From: an uncultured Acidimicrobiales bacterium
GTDB taxonomy: Bacteria > Actinomycetota > Acidimicrobiia > Acidimicrobiales > UBA10347
Direction: 5' to 3'
Assembly (NCBI GenBank): GCA_943788915.1
Contig: CALSSD010000006.1
Span: 1-64,000, forward strand
Length of the DNA stretch: 64,000 nucleotides
Below the pieces are notes generated by a model. It had not been told where the DNA came from. It ran no database searches and was given only the letters and a program-made list of their open reading frames with translations. Both the position numbers and the translations under genes were made by a program. Shown here piece after piece: positions 19,780 to 29,637 of this stretch (within the stretch, counting starts at the first letter, position 1; each line of letters begins with the position of its first letter).

Positions 19780-20621
19780 AAGACATCATCATCGCCATCC
19801 CATCGAAGGGCCGGCTACGCGAGGGCGCAGTTGACCTGATGGCACATGCTGGCATCAATGCCCGGACGGGCGGGGGTGCATCCACGGTCGATCCGGATTC
19901 ACGTATTCGTTTCCTTGAGATGCGGCCCCGAGATGCAGCAGCATGGCTCCATGCCGGCCGAATCGCAGCCGCGTTTATCTCCACCGATACCGCACTCGAA
20001 GCCGGCGCAGCGGACTACCCCTCGATTCCGCTTGGTTTCTCTTCCTCGGACCTCGTGATCGCGTGCCGCGACGACAGCGGTTTTGAGACCCCAGCTGACT
20101 TGGCTGGCAAGACCATTGCGACCCACCTGCCGAAGACGACCCGTCAATGGTTAGCTGATCGTTCTATCGACGCCAGCGTGGTCGCCATGGGCGGTTCGCT
20201 CGAAGGTGTCTGCGCGCTCGGTCTTGCCGACGCGATCGTGGACCTGCGCCAGACCGGCAACAGCTTGGCGCTGAACAATCTGCACACGCTCGAAGTGATG
20301 GCAAAATGCCAGGCGATTCTGGCGTGGAACCCCGCTGTCGCACCCGACATCGAATGGATGACCGAACGAATCCAGGCAGCGGTCGAAGGCCGCAAGGCGC
20401 AGTACCTGATCTTCCATCTACCTACCGACCAGGTCGGCAACCTGGGCCAGGCCTTCGAAGGCCTGGAGTCACCCACGGTGCTCCCGCTCGACGGACACGA
20501 AGATCTTGTGGCTGTGCATGTTGTGGTCAAGACTTCAGAGATGTGGTCACACCTGGCTGACCTGCGCACGCTCGGTGCATCGGGCGTGGTTGCACTGCCG
20601 GTTCACGCACTTATGCCCTGA
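19776..20621 (+). CDS. hisG: ATP phosphoribosyltransferase, long form
   Basis: IAIPSKGRL, GSLE...LGLADAIVDL..TG.SL, C-terminal regulatory domain (PTVLPL, LGASGV). Confidence 0.93.
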   Translation: MKDIIIAIPSKGRLREGAVDLMAHAGINARTGGGASTVDPDSRIRFLEMRPRDAAAWLHAGRIAAAFISTDTALEAGAADYPSIPLGFSSSDLVIACRDDSGFETPADLAGKTIATHLPKTTRQWLADRSIDASVVAMGGSLEGVCALGLADAIVDLRQTGNSLALNNLHTLEVMAKCQAILAWNPAVAPDIEWMTERIQAAVEGRKAQYLIFHLPTDQVGNLGQAFEGLESPTVLPLDGHEDLVAVHVVVKTSEMWSHLADLRTLGASGVVALPVHALMP

Positions 20622-20644
20622 AATCACTACCGGGATTCTGGGCC

Positions 20645-21817
20645 CTAGGGACGGAGACTCGATAGATAGTCGGTCACGAAGATCCTGTCGGGATCGTGTT
20701 GGTCGCGTACCCGCCACCAGTCGCCGTACCGCGGGTACAACGCCGCTAGTTCCTGTCCGGTCTGGTAGTGCTGTTTGCCCCAGTGGGGGCGGCCGTCATA
20801 ACGGCGAAAGATCTCTTCGCAGGCTTCGAATAGGGGCCGGTCGTCGAGGGTGATGTCCTGATGCGCCGAGATCGTGACCGTCTCCCGCCCGGCTGCTGTG
20901 CTGATCCACATATCGTCGGAAGCCAGCGAGCGGTATTCCAGCGGCCACTGCAGATCGGGGAAGTCGCGCAAAATCATCTCTCGAACCTCGTTGAAACACG
21001 CAGGACCTGCGTGGGCCGGCACCGAGTACTCCATCTCGGTATGGAGATCGTCGCGGGTCGACGAAATCACATCGTGGCTCCAGCCGATTCGCTCAAGCTT
21101 GCGGTCAGCGAGCGCATCGACCGCGGCGTCGGTTTCGGCGAGCGACTTACACGCACATGCGTCGGTCTGCGGCATCCAGAAGAACTCGAAGTGGCGAGTC
21201 GCGCCAACGAGTTCGTCGATCCGACTGAATACTGACGCCGGGTCTTCCTTCCACAACGTCTCGTGTAATCGATAGGAGGGCCGCAGCGCGAGCGTGAGTT
21301 CGGTGATCAGGCCGACGGCACCCAACGAATGCCGCACGATCTCGAAGAGTTCTGGCGTGGCAGCGGGAGAGCAGTCCACGACGTCGCCGGACGCCAACAC
21401 GATGCGAGCGCCCTCAACCGAGGCGGACAGGTTCTGTAGCGAGGGGCCAGTGCCATGTGTGCCGGTGCTGGTCGCTCCCGCCACGCTTTGACGATCGATG
21501 TCGCCCTGGTTACGGATCGCCAAGCCATGTTCGAGCAGCGGTTCGCCCAGTTGAAAGATGCGAGTGCCCGAGCGGATACGAGCGGTCTGGGCTTCGGTGT
21601 CGACGGCTTCGATGCCTTGCCAACCGTCGAGTGTGAGCAGCATGCCGTTGGTGGCTGCGATACGGGAGTGGGAGTGCGATGCGCCAACAGCTCGCACCGG
21701 CATCTCGGTGATGGCAGCAGCGGCTACGGCCTCGACGATGTCGGACTCAGAGGTTGGGGCCACGATCGCCACCGGTGAATCCGTCTGGCGCCCCGACCAG
21801 TTGGACCATTCAGCCAT
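20645..21817 (-). CDS. FAD-linked oxidoreductase, D-arabinono-1,4-lactone oxidase family
   Basis: WSNWSG, VGASHSHS, GATSTGTHGTG, GRPHWGK. Confidence 0.9.
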   Translation of the reverse strand: MAEWSNWSGRQTDSPVAIVAPTSESDIVEAVAAAAITEMPVRAVGASHSHSRIAATNGMLLTLDGWQGIEAVDTEAQTARIRSGTRIFQLGEPLLEHGLAIRNQGDIDRQSVAGATSTGTHGTGPSLQNLSASVEGARIVLASGDVVDCSPAATPELFEIVRHSLGAVGLITELTLALRPSYRLHETLWKEDPASVFSRIDELVGATRHFEFFWMPQTDACACKSLAETDAAVDALADRKLERIGWSHDVISSTRDDLHTEMEYSVPAHAGPACFNEVREMILRDFPDLQWPLEYRSLASDDMWISTAAGRETVTISAHQDITLDDRPLFEACEEIFRRYDGRPHWGKQHYQTGQELAALYPRYGDWWRVRDQHDPDRIFVTDYLSSLRP

Positions 21818-21961
21818 GGTGACTCCTGCAGTGCCCGACGCGAAACTTCATCTCTCGCACCGTAGACGGCCGAGCTGATACAGGCGCAGTCGTTGCGATT
21901 GTCATTACCGCCGCCTTTGCCATTTGGGATGTCACACGGTGTGCTGGACTAGTTTCGGGTT

Positions 21962-22336
21962 ATGAGCGAACGAGGCCCTGTTATCCCTGAAGGTTCCGAA
22001 GCCGGTTACGACCGATTCCATTTTGCACCGGCGTATCGCGTCGGCGACACGTTGTATGTGTCCGGCATTATCGGCACAGGTGAGTCACTCGACGAGGAGT
22101 TTGCCAGCGCATTCGAAAGTCTGGCCAACGTGCTTGATGCCGCTGGTTTCTCGCTGGACGATGTTGTCGAGATGACGTCGTTCCATATCGACATGAGCGG
22201 CAGCTTGGGCAAGTTCATGAAGGCCCGAGACGCAGCGCTGTCCGAACCGTGGCCGGCGTGGACAGCGATCGGCTGCACCGAACTGGCCATGCCGAATGGA
22301 CGCGCCGAGGTCAAGGTCACCGCCGTCAAGCAGTAG
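21962..22336 (+). CDS. RidA family protein
   Basis: FAPAYRVGDTLYVSG, PAWTAIG..EL, AEVKVTA. Confidence 0.88.
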   Translation: MSERGPVIPEGSEAGYDRFHFAPAYRVGDTLYVSGIIGTGESLDEEFASAFESLANVLDAAGFSLDDVVEMTSFHIDMSGSLGKFMKARDAALSEPWPAWTAIGCTELAMPNGRAEVKVTAVKQ

Positions 22337-22360
22337 CTGCGCAGCGGTAGCCAGGGTCGC

Positions 22361-23356
22361 TCAGAGTGCGTGGATGGCGCTGACCGTTTCTGCTGGGGCG
22401 TTTGCGTCGATGCCGACGGTGTCGACTAAGCCGCCGAAGTGTTGGCCGATCGCAGCGGCGATCTCGTCGTGGCGGCCTCGGGCACAGAAGAGTTCGACCA
22501 CATCGTCGGAGACCGCCTTTGTCATGGCATCCCATTCGCCTGCCTTCGAAAGGGCGTTGAGTTTATGGCCGAGGTCGAGCTGATCATGAACCTCGAGCAC
22601 CGGCCAATACGACGGCGTCGACCCATAGAAACCGACACGTTGTCGTACTAACTCGAATGCTCGTTCAACCTCTTCATCGTTGGCCCCGGTTGCGACGAAC
22701 CCGCCGCCTGCGACATCGAAGTCGTGGCGACTGCGACCACTGGCGTCGAGCCCTCGCTGCAGGAGTGGCATGATGGTTTGTTCGAGATAGAGCGGGGTGC
22801 AGAACGAGTGCAACATCACGCCGTCGCATTCGCGCCCGGCCACACCCAGCATGAGCGGTCCGACCGCAGCTATGTGGAGTGCAGGTGGGGGACCATTGAG
22901 CGGCGGTGGTGTGAAGTTCGGTGTCATCAGGGTGAACTGGTAGTGGTCGCCTTCATAGGCAAGCCGTTCACCGGTCTGCCAGCAGGTAAAGATTGCCCGA
23001 ATCGATTGCACGTATTCGCGCATACGGGGCGCTGGCGCAGTCCATGGCACGCTGAATCGTCGCTCGTTGTGCGGCTTGATTTGGCTGCCGAGTCCGAGCG
23101 TGAAGCGACCGCCGGACAACGCTTGCAGATCCCATGCCACCGTGGCTGCAACCATTGGACTGCGCGGAAACGCAATAGCCACATTGGTTGAAAGTCCGAT
23201 GCTGGTGGTGGCAGCAGCGGCCAGCGTCAAGGGAATGAATGGGTCGTGGCGGTTCTCCTGAGATGACACAAAGTCAAAACCAGCTGCCTCACAGCGGGCC
23301 GCAACCTGGCCGACCCCTGCCAAGTCATCGGAGGTGATGGATGTTGTTACACGCAT
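22361..23356 (-). CDS. LLM-class F420-dependent oxidoreductase (TIGR03617-like)
   Basis: ENRHDPF, VAIAFPRSPM, LGLGSQIKPHNERRFS, FYGSTPSY. Start set by TACGGT 7 nt upstream. Confidence 0.88.
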   Translation of the reverse strand: MRVTTSITSDDLAGVGQVAARCEAAGFDFVSSQENRHDPFIPLTLAAAATTSIGLSTNVAIAFPRSPMVAATVAWDLQALSGGRFTLGLGSQIKPHNERRFSVPWTAPAPRMREYVQSIRAIFTCWQTGERLAYEGDHYQFTLMTPNFTPPPLNGPPPALHIAAVGPLMLGVAGRECDGVMLHSFCTPLYLEQTIMPLLQRGLDASGRSRHDFDVAGGGFVATGANDEEVERAFELVRQRVGFYGSTPSYWPVLEVHDQLDLGHKLNALSKAGEWDAMTKAVSDDVVELFCARGRHDEIAAAIGQHFGGLVDTVGIDANAPAETVSAIHAL

Positions 23357-23403
23357 GCAAGCGACCGTAGACGCAGCATGCGCGAGGAGTTCAGCCGGCG
23401 AAC

Positions 23404-24471
23404 TCAACCAGCGGTGATCCGAAAGATCTGCCCGGTTTCATGGTCAGAAACGAGTACGCCATCGCCATCGACCAACAGGTGTTGAGGCGACGTAATGCCA
23501 TCAAGAAACAACCTCGGTGTATGCGGCTCGTTGGCAGGTTCAACACGGGGAATGGACACGACCTGGCCAGTCAGCCACAGCGTCACGATGAAGGTGTCTG
23601 GGTCCCATGGGGCAACCACGATCGAGGTGGGTGTCGCCCCTGGGCCAAACAGAGCGTGTGATCGGGGCGACGCAGCACACAGCTCGGCGCTACCGCCATA
23701 TTCGATCACCGGCCGGTTGTCGTCGACACACTGCGGCCAGCCGGCATCGTCGCCAGGCCGAATCGACACCAGCTCATCAGACGCTCGCTGGCCATCGAAG
23801 TTGCCGTCGGTCATCTCGACCGACCACAACTGTCCATCGCGGTCGACGACATGGGCGTATGCGTGCTTGAACCCGGTTGCAATTACCACCGGGGCTTGGG
23901 GGCCTTGGGCAGCATCGCTGATCCCAAACAGCGTTCCCGACCCAGCGACTCGATCGGGGCCACGCTTGGAGCCGGATGTGTCGTAGAGCAGTTGGCCATC
24001 GGGTGTGACCGTAAGTGTGCCTTCGGAGCGGCCATTCGACGGGAGGTCAGCGGCGACGATGGTGCGGACAGCGCCTGGCTCAAGCGTGGTCACCGAAAGA
24101 CGATCACGTTCCATGATCCATAGCAGATCGCCGGTGATGGCAATACCGGTTGGTTTGTCCAGTTCTTGCTGCAATACGGTCCGGTCGCCGAGGTCATTGC
24201 CCGCTACCCGCAGAATGTGGCCAACACCTTCGTTCTCACCACCGCCAAGCTCAGCAATCACGAGATCGCCATTGGGGGCGAACACCATCTGGGTCGGACG
24301 GTCGAATCCATCGGCCCAGAGCCTCGTCAGGTAGCCATCGGCGGTCGTGAGCCCATCGGATTGGGTACGAGTGGGTTCGGTGCGTTCGAACTCAGTTGAG
24401 GTGGTTGAACCGCACGACGCAACAACTAGGCAGCACGCAAGAACGATGGCCGACAATCGAGTCACAGCCAC
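23404..24471 (-). CDS. Lipoprotein with a PQQ-dependent sugar/sorbosone dehydrogenase-like beta-propeller
   Basis: Lipobox LVVASC; GFDRPTQMVFAPNG, IATGFKHAY, DEL...G.DAGWP.C motifs. Confidence 0.75.
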   Translation of the reverse strand: MAVTRLSAIVLACCLVVASCGSTTSTEFERTEPTRTQSDGLTTADGYLTRLWADGFDRPTQMVFAPNGDLVIAELGGGENEGVGHILRVAGNDLGDRTVLQQELDKPTGIAITGDLLWIMERDRLSVTTLEPGAVRTIVAADLPSNGRSEGTLTVTPDGQLLYDTSGSKRGPDRVAGSGTLFGISDAAQGPQAPVVIATGFKHAYAHVVDRDGQLWSVEMTDGNFDGQRASDELVSIRPGDDAGWPQCVDDNRPVIEYGGSAELCAASPRSHALFGPGATPTSIVVAPWDPDTFIVTLWLTGQVVSIPRVEPANEPHTPRLFLDGITSPQHLLVDGDGVLVSDHETGQIFRITAG

Positions 24472-24622
24472 CTAGTGAAACACAGGCTCCGCGTGAAACG
24501 CCGACATCCGGTGACATCGACCGACCCTGTGAATTCGAGGCCGGTGACCGACTGGCGTGCGATTCGGCGGCTTCGATTACGCCTGACGGTGCATCGCCGC
24601 TATGTCGCGTGAGGGTCTGTGG

Positions 24623-25623
24623 TTAGCCGACGAGTGACTGTTGTTCCGGCGTGAGTTTGGGCACCGGCGGCAACGTGTAACGCGACGTGTCGATGGCCGC
24701 CACTTGGGGGAAACGGTCGGCATTGATGAACCGGTCGCTCCAGTTGGTGGTCGACGTGCGACCGGCGACCGCAGCGCGGCGTTTGGCAAGTGACGGCTTG
24801 TCGTTCGAGCGTGACTTGGGCATCATGCACACCAGGCTGGCGGCCCGTATCAAGTCAGGTACGGCGTCGGAGTTGTCACCTGGCGACGAACAATGGATCG
24901 TTCGAGAATCCCACAACAGCATGTCGCCGGCTTCCATATGGCACATGATTGGTGGGGTCTCGGCAAGGGCAGGGTCATCGGCGGGGAACCGGAAATGATC
25001 GATCGATGGGTCGATGCGACCCAACCGTTCGGTGTAGAGAGCAGGAATCGACTCGAACAAGCGATGAGACCCGGGCACAACGATGTTGCCACCGGTTGAT
25101 GGTGACGTGGGCAACAGCGATACAAGTCCCTGTACACAGTGAAATCCGGGTCGAGCGATCGGGTGTTGATCGATGTGCAGCCATGAACCACCTCGGTTGG
25201 TGAGCCACGAGGGTTCAACGTGGGGCGGCCGCCACAGCGCCATGCCGTCGAAACTCACCAGAAGTCATCGTCCTCCCATATCGCGGCAAATGCCCGCTTG
25301 ACGTTTGCCACCGACCGGATAAACCACTGCGCTTCGCTCTGGCCGATGCCCTGGCTCGGAATGATGCCACCATGCACAGCCACTGGCCATCGATCATCGG
25401 TCCAGGTCGTCGGGTCGGCACGATCTATGCCAGTATCGAGACCTTCGAGGTAGTCCCACGTGAGACCGGCCGCATGCTCAGCCTCGGGTGAGGTAAGTGC
25501 GTGGGCAATAACCACGAACCCGTTCTCGTCGAGAAACGCAAGGCTTTCATCGGAACCCGCAGCGAAACGCTTCACGTGCGTATACGAAGCCTCGAGCTGT
25601 GCCGGAGGAGGTTTGTTGGCCAT
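24623..25623 (-). CDS. Phytanoyl-CoA dioxygenase family (Fe/2OG) protein, split by a 1-nt frameshift at ~25264
   Basis: ORF 25255..25623 (FLDENGFVVI) plus ORF 24623..25258 (WLHIDQ, GDMLLWDSRTIHC). Adding one C restores WEDDDLLVSFDG. Confidence 0.85.
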
Positions 25624-25776
25624 CCTCTATTCCTAGCCGACGAGGAGCTACCAGATCATCCTTGAGGCGGCCTGTCACACTCCGTTGCTCGCACATGCTC
25701 TGGGTGTCGCAGGCACGTGCGATGACGGCGGCTAACGTCACCCTTCGTGCAGATACCGATTCGGCTGGCAGCGGCC

Positions 25777-26985
25777 ATGGACTCGCGCCGCTCAGCAGGA
25801 ATGCTGGCAGCGCTCGGATTTGCAACCGTGGTAATGGTGTCCACGCCGTTCCTGATCAACGCGATAAGCGCCGAGTACGACGTTGGCCTCACCGTTGCCG
25901 CTCAGGTTGGGGTATTGCAGCTTGCAGGTTTTGCCGTGGCTTCGTGGGGCTCGGGAAACTGGCTACGGCCCACCCGATCGGTGCTGGTTGGGGCGCTGTT
26001 GCTCGCCGTAGTAGCGAACGCCGGCTCCGCTTGGTTGCCGCCACTGCCGCTGCTCCTCAGCTTGCGATTTGTCAGTGGTCTGTCGCTTGGGACCATCACC
26101 TGGTTTGCGTGGGCAAACGCATTCGGCGTCCAACAGAAGATGAGTCAGGTGGCCGTTGTCGGTCCGGTGATCGGCGTACTTTCTACGCCGCTCGTAGCAG
26201 TCGTTATCGAACGATGGGGGATGCGAGAACTGTTCGTCATGCTTGCCGTTCTTCCGATATTGCCCTTGTCATTGAGCAGTACGGTCCCCGATGGTGAACG
26301 GCGCCCCAAAGGCGAGCGGCATCGTGCAGCGACCACCGCCCGGGTTGTTTTGTTGGCCCTCACCGCATTCAGTCTGGGCGGGTCGGCGGTTTATCAGCTC
26401 GGCGTAACGATCGGTGCACGGGAGCTGGGACTCTCATCGAGCACCGTGGCCTTGGCGTACACCGCGAACTCGCTCATCAGTATCCCGGCTGCTGGCTGGA
26501 GAGGACGGCGAGGAATCCCTGGCCCGTGGATGGCGCTCACCGGTGCATCGGCGTTCTTCGTAGCTACAGCCTTCACCAGCACGCTGTTTGTTGCAGCACT
26601 TGTGTGTTGGGGATTCTTCTATTGGATGGCGATTCCGGGCGTGTACTCGGTCCTGGCTGGTGCATCGACCTACCCGGCTGAACGGGCCGGCGACGCCCAG
26701 GCGATGATGGCTGCGGGCCGGGTTGCAGGCCCGTTTCTGGGCGGCGTGCTGATCGATGGCCCTGGGGTTATTGGGCTGGGAATGGTCGCCGCAGGGCTGA
26801 TGGTGGGAGCCGCAGCGGCTGTGTTCGCGGTGACGGGAAACCACGGCTACAGGTGGCACTACCTCGTAGCGGCGGGCTGGTCAGCGCTGCCAGTCATCGT
26901 CGTGTCCTCTGGTGGTGAATCAACCGGCAGGAGCAACCAGAGTCGAAGCGAAGCAAGCGCCCACGACGCCCCAGCCGCGCAATAG
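25777..26985 (+). CDS. MFS-type membrane transporter; C-terminus uncertain
   Basis: About 12 hydrophobic segments with a central hydrophilic loop. A 1-nt frameshift near 26833 would end the gene at TAG 26869 instead. Confidence 0.75.
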   Translation: MDSRRSAGMLAALGFATVVMVSTPFLINAISAEYDVGLTVAAQVGVLQLAGFAVASWGSGNWLRPTRSVLVGALLLAVVANAGSAWLPPLPLLLSLRFVSGLSLGTITWFAWANAFGVQQKMSQVAVVGPVIGVLSTPLVAVVIERWGMRELFVMLAVLPILPLSLSSTVPDGERRPKGERHRAATTARVVLLALTAFSLGGSAVYQLGVTIGARELGLSSSTVALAYTANSLISIPAAGWRGRRGIPGPWMALTGASAFFVATAFTSTLFVAALVCWGFFYWMAIPGVYSVLAGASTYPAERAGDAQAMMAAGRVAGPFLGGVLIDGPGVIGLGMVAAGLMVGAAAAVFAVTGNHGYRWHYLVAAGWSALPVIVVSSGGESTGRSNQSRSEASAHDAPAAQ

Positions 26986-27122
26986 TTACACGGAAACCTG
27001 ACCACTAGGGATGAGGCCCTATAACCACAAGTTCGGGATCTGCACCCACTACCTTGACCCTCGTCAACCGGCATCGCAACGAGATGGTGCGAGCCACGAA
27101 CTGCGCAAGGCGGATCAGCAAT

Positions 27123-27686
27123 ATGAAGAAGAACCTGGCAACATTATTCGGAGCACTTATGGCGCTCACGCTGCTTGCCTCGGCGTGCGGCGGCGGCGAC
27201 GACGATCCGAGTGCAGCGGACCAGGCAGTCATCGATGCGATCGCAGCCCAGATCGGCGCCGACGGTGATGCGCCCGCTGGCCTCGACCTCAACTGTATGG
27301 CATCTGCCATGGTCGACGGTCTCGGCGGTACCCAGGTGATGGCCGACAGTTATGGCCTCACCGCAGAAACCATTGCCGCAGGTCAAGAACCTGACACCGT
27401 TGTGTTGTCGGTCGAGGATGCACGCACCATGGGTGACGCAAGCATGGACTGCGGTATGGGCTCGTTCATCCTTGCCCAGCTTGCGGGCGACGGCATGGCC
27501 GAAGACGACGCGTCGTGCCTGCTCGACAAACTCGATCAGGATGCCATCCGCGACATGTTCGCTGCAGAGTTCATGAGCGAAGCGGATGCTGACCGCATCG
27601 GCGAGGCTGCCGAAGACACGATGTTCTCGTCCATTATTGCTGCCATTGGCAGCTGCGACCTCGACCCGACATCACTCGGTCTGTAA
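27123..27686 (+). CDS. Acidic lipoprotein of unknown function
   Basis: MKK start, hydrophobic core and lipobox LASACG; four further Cys in two similar helical halves. Confidence 0.8.
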   Translation: MKKNLATLFGALMALTLLASACGGGDDDPSAADQAVIDAIAAQIGADGDAPAGLDLNCMASAMVDGLGGTQVMADSYGLTAETIAAGQEPDTVVLSVEDARTMGDASMDCGMGSFILAQLAGDGMAEDDASCLLDKLDQDAIRDMFAAEFMSEADADRIGEAAEDTMFSSIIAAIGSCDLDPTSLGL

Positions 27687-27710
27687 ACAGCTAGATCACC
27701 TACCAACGCT

Positions 27711-27734
27711 GGTCGGCTCCTGCGGGAGCCGACC
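27711..27734. terminator. Intrinsic terminator-like hairpin between convergent genes
   Basis: Perfect 10-bp stem GGTCGGCTCC-TGCG-GGAGCCGACC followed by a T-rich stretch. Confidence 0.7.
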
Positions 27735-27779
27735 GGTTGTCGTTTTGCGGCAAGTTAGCGTTTGCCAGGGCTGTGATCA

Positions 27780-29489
27780 TTAGCTCGGACGGACAGTGGC
27801 GATCCAGCGGTCGGCGACTGCCAGGCGGCGGGTCAATGCAGAAATGGTTGCTTCGGTGATGCGGCCTACACCCGAGTCGCGGTTCAACCGCATATTGACC
27901 TCGCGGTGACCAAGACCGGTTCGTCCAACGATCTCACGAACACGGTCGGCATTCTTGTCACGCAGATCGCTCTTGATCTGGGCGCGTGACTTGCCGGTTT
28001 CATCAGCAACCGCCGGGGATCCCCAAGGGTCGACCGCATCGGCGGCTTCGCGGCCCGGAAGTGGGGGCGGGGGCGGGAGATCCACGGGGAAACCCTCGAG
28101 GTCCTCGGGCAGCACCACCATCTTCTCGTCGGGGTCGATGCCGTCGGCCGTGGTACTCGAAGCCCCATCGATCACGGTCGACGACAATGCTTCGAACAGC
28201 GACATTTGTTCGTCGCTGCCTTGTTCTTGAGCGACTTCGTCGAAGCCTTCTTCGCCGGCGCGTTCCTTGCGTAGTTCGATGCTGTGACGGCGCTGCTCGG
28301 CGATATTTACAGCGTGCGAGCGCAGCCTTAGGTCGTCGGGCAGGTACATGTATGCCTTCTGGTTACTGATCCCGGCAGTCCACCGTGCAATACGACCAAC
28401 CGCCTGGCGGAAGAACATGGCAGTGGTGGTCGTGGTGGCAAACACCGCGACCCGGAGGCGAGGGATGTCGACGCCTTCGCTGATCATGCGGACTGCGACC
28501 ACCCACTGCTCGTCGCTTTTGGCAAACGCGTCGATCACATCGCTGGCACGCGGATCATCGGAGAGCACAATTCGGGCGGTCACGCCATGACGCCGTTCGA
28601 GAAGGTCTGTGATTGAACGAGCATGTTCATGGTCGGTTGCGATAATCAACCCGCCAGCATTGGGGTGTGACTCGCGAATGTTCGTCAGTTTGGTGTGCGC
28701 CTGGGCAAGTACGGTGCGGATCCATTCGCCGTCTGGGCTCAGGGCCGTGCGCAGGCGTGCGCCCCACTCATTGCTTGCGAGTTCGTCTTCGAAGGTCGCC
28801 TCGACCAGTGCGCCTTCGGTATTGATCCATTCCATGTGGCCGTCGAAACGGGGAAAGTAGACCGGACGCACAACCCCGCCGTCCTTGAGGGCCTCGCCGT
28901 AGCCGTATTCGTAGTCTGGCTCAGCATCGCCGTAGTCGCCCCAGGAGTACTTGACGAACGGGATAGGACTGTCGTCGGTGCGAAACGGCGTGCCACTCAA
29001 CAACAGTCGGGTCGCGGCGCCGCTGAACGCTCGCTCGACGCCATCGCCCCAGCTGCGGTCGCTTGCTGCGTGGTGGACTTCGTCGAGTACCACGATGCCA
29101 TTGCGGCTGTAGGCGGCAAGCGCAGCCCACGAAGACGCGGCCTGTGCGTAGGTCACGACGACGCCGTGCATATCGGTTGCCGGGGCACCGTCGCCGGCTG
29201 ACCAAGCAGGGTCGAGGTGAAACCCGAAACGAAGGGCAGCATCGGCCCACTGCTTCTTCAAGTGCTGGGTGGGAACAACAACCACGAACGGTCGAGGGGC
29301 ACCAGCACACCATTGGCGCGCGGCGACAAGAGCGAACGAGGTTTTTCCCGCCCCAGGGCAGGCCACCGTCAGAAACGATGGAGCGTCGTTGGCAATGAAG
29401 GCTCGCAGCGCTTGCTGTTGCCAAGCGCGCAGAATGACACTCTGCTGTTTGCCGGCTGATTGCTTCGGGGGCGGTCGAGTCATCTCCAT
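27780..29489 (-). CDS. Superfamily II DEAD/DEAH-box helicase
   Basis: LRAWQQ, Walker A CPGAGKT, DEVHH, LSGTPFR, MISEGVDIPRL, FRQAVGR. Confidence 0.92.
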   Translation of the reverse strand: MEMTRPPPKQSAGKQQSVILRAWQQQALRAFIANDAPSFLTVACPGAGKTSFALVAARQWCAGAPRPFVVVVPTQHLKKQWADAALRFGFHLDPAWSAGDGAPATDMHGVVVTYAQAASSWAALAAYSRNGIVVLDEVHHAASDRSWGDGVERAFSGAATRLLLSGTPFRTDDSPIPFVKYSWGDYGDAEPDYEYGYGEALKDGGVVRPVYFPRFDGHMEWINTEGALVEATFEDELASNEWGARLRTALSPDGEWIRTVLAQAHTKLTNIRESHPNAGGLIIATDHEHARSITDLLERRHGVTARIVLSDDPRASDVIDAFAKSDEQWVVAVRMISEGVDIPRLRVAVFATTTTTAMFFRQAVGRIARWTAGISNQKAYMYLPDDLRLRSHAVNIAEQRRHSIELRKERAGEEGFDEVAQEQGSDEQMSLFEALSSTVIDGASSTTADGIDPDEKMVVLPEDLEGFPVDLPPPPPLPGREAADAVDPWGSPAVADETGKSRAQIKSDLRDKNADRVREIVGRTGLGHREVNMRLNRDSGVGRITEATISALTRRLAVADRWIATVRPS

Positions 29490-29637
29490 CGGAACGGGAC
29501 AACTTAGGTCGCTTCGCGCCTCAGGTGGGGTCTTTCCGACGGCAATCTTCAGGGGCCGGCTTTTACTGGCTCTGGGGGGCGAAAAGTGTCAGCCATTGAG
29601 CTGAGTCATCGACGAGTGTGACGAGGGTTGCGTGTGG

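Noticed and set aside
26940..26960. Isolated GCGAAGC mini-hairpins (also near 62320) as further copies of the repeat element
   Set aside because: The conserved flanking blocks are missing and a 7-mer is expected by chance at this GC content.
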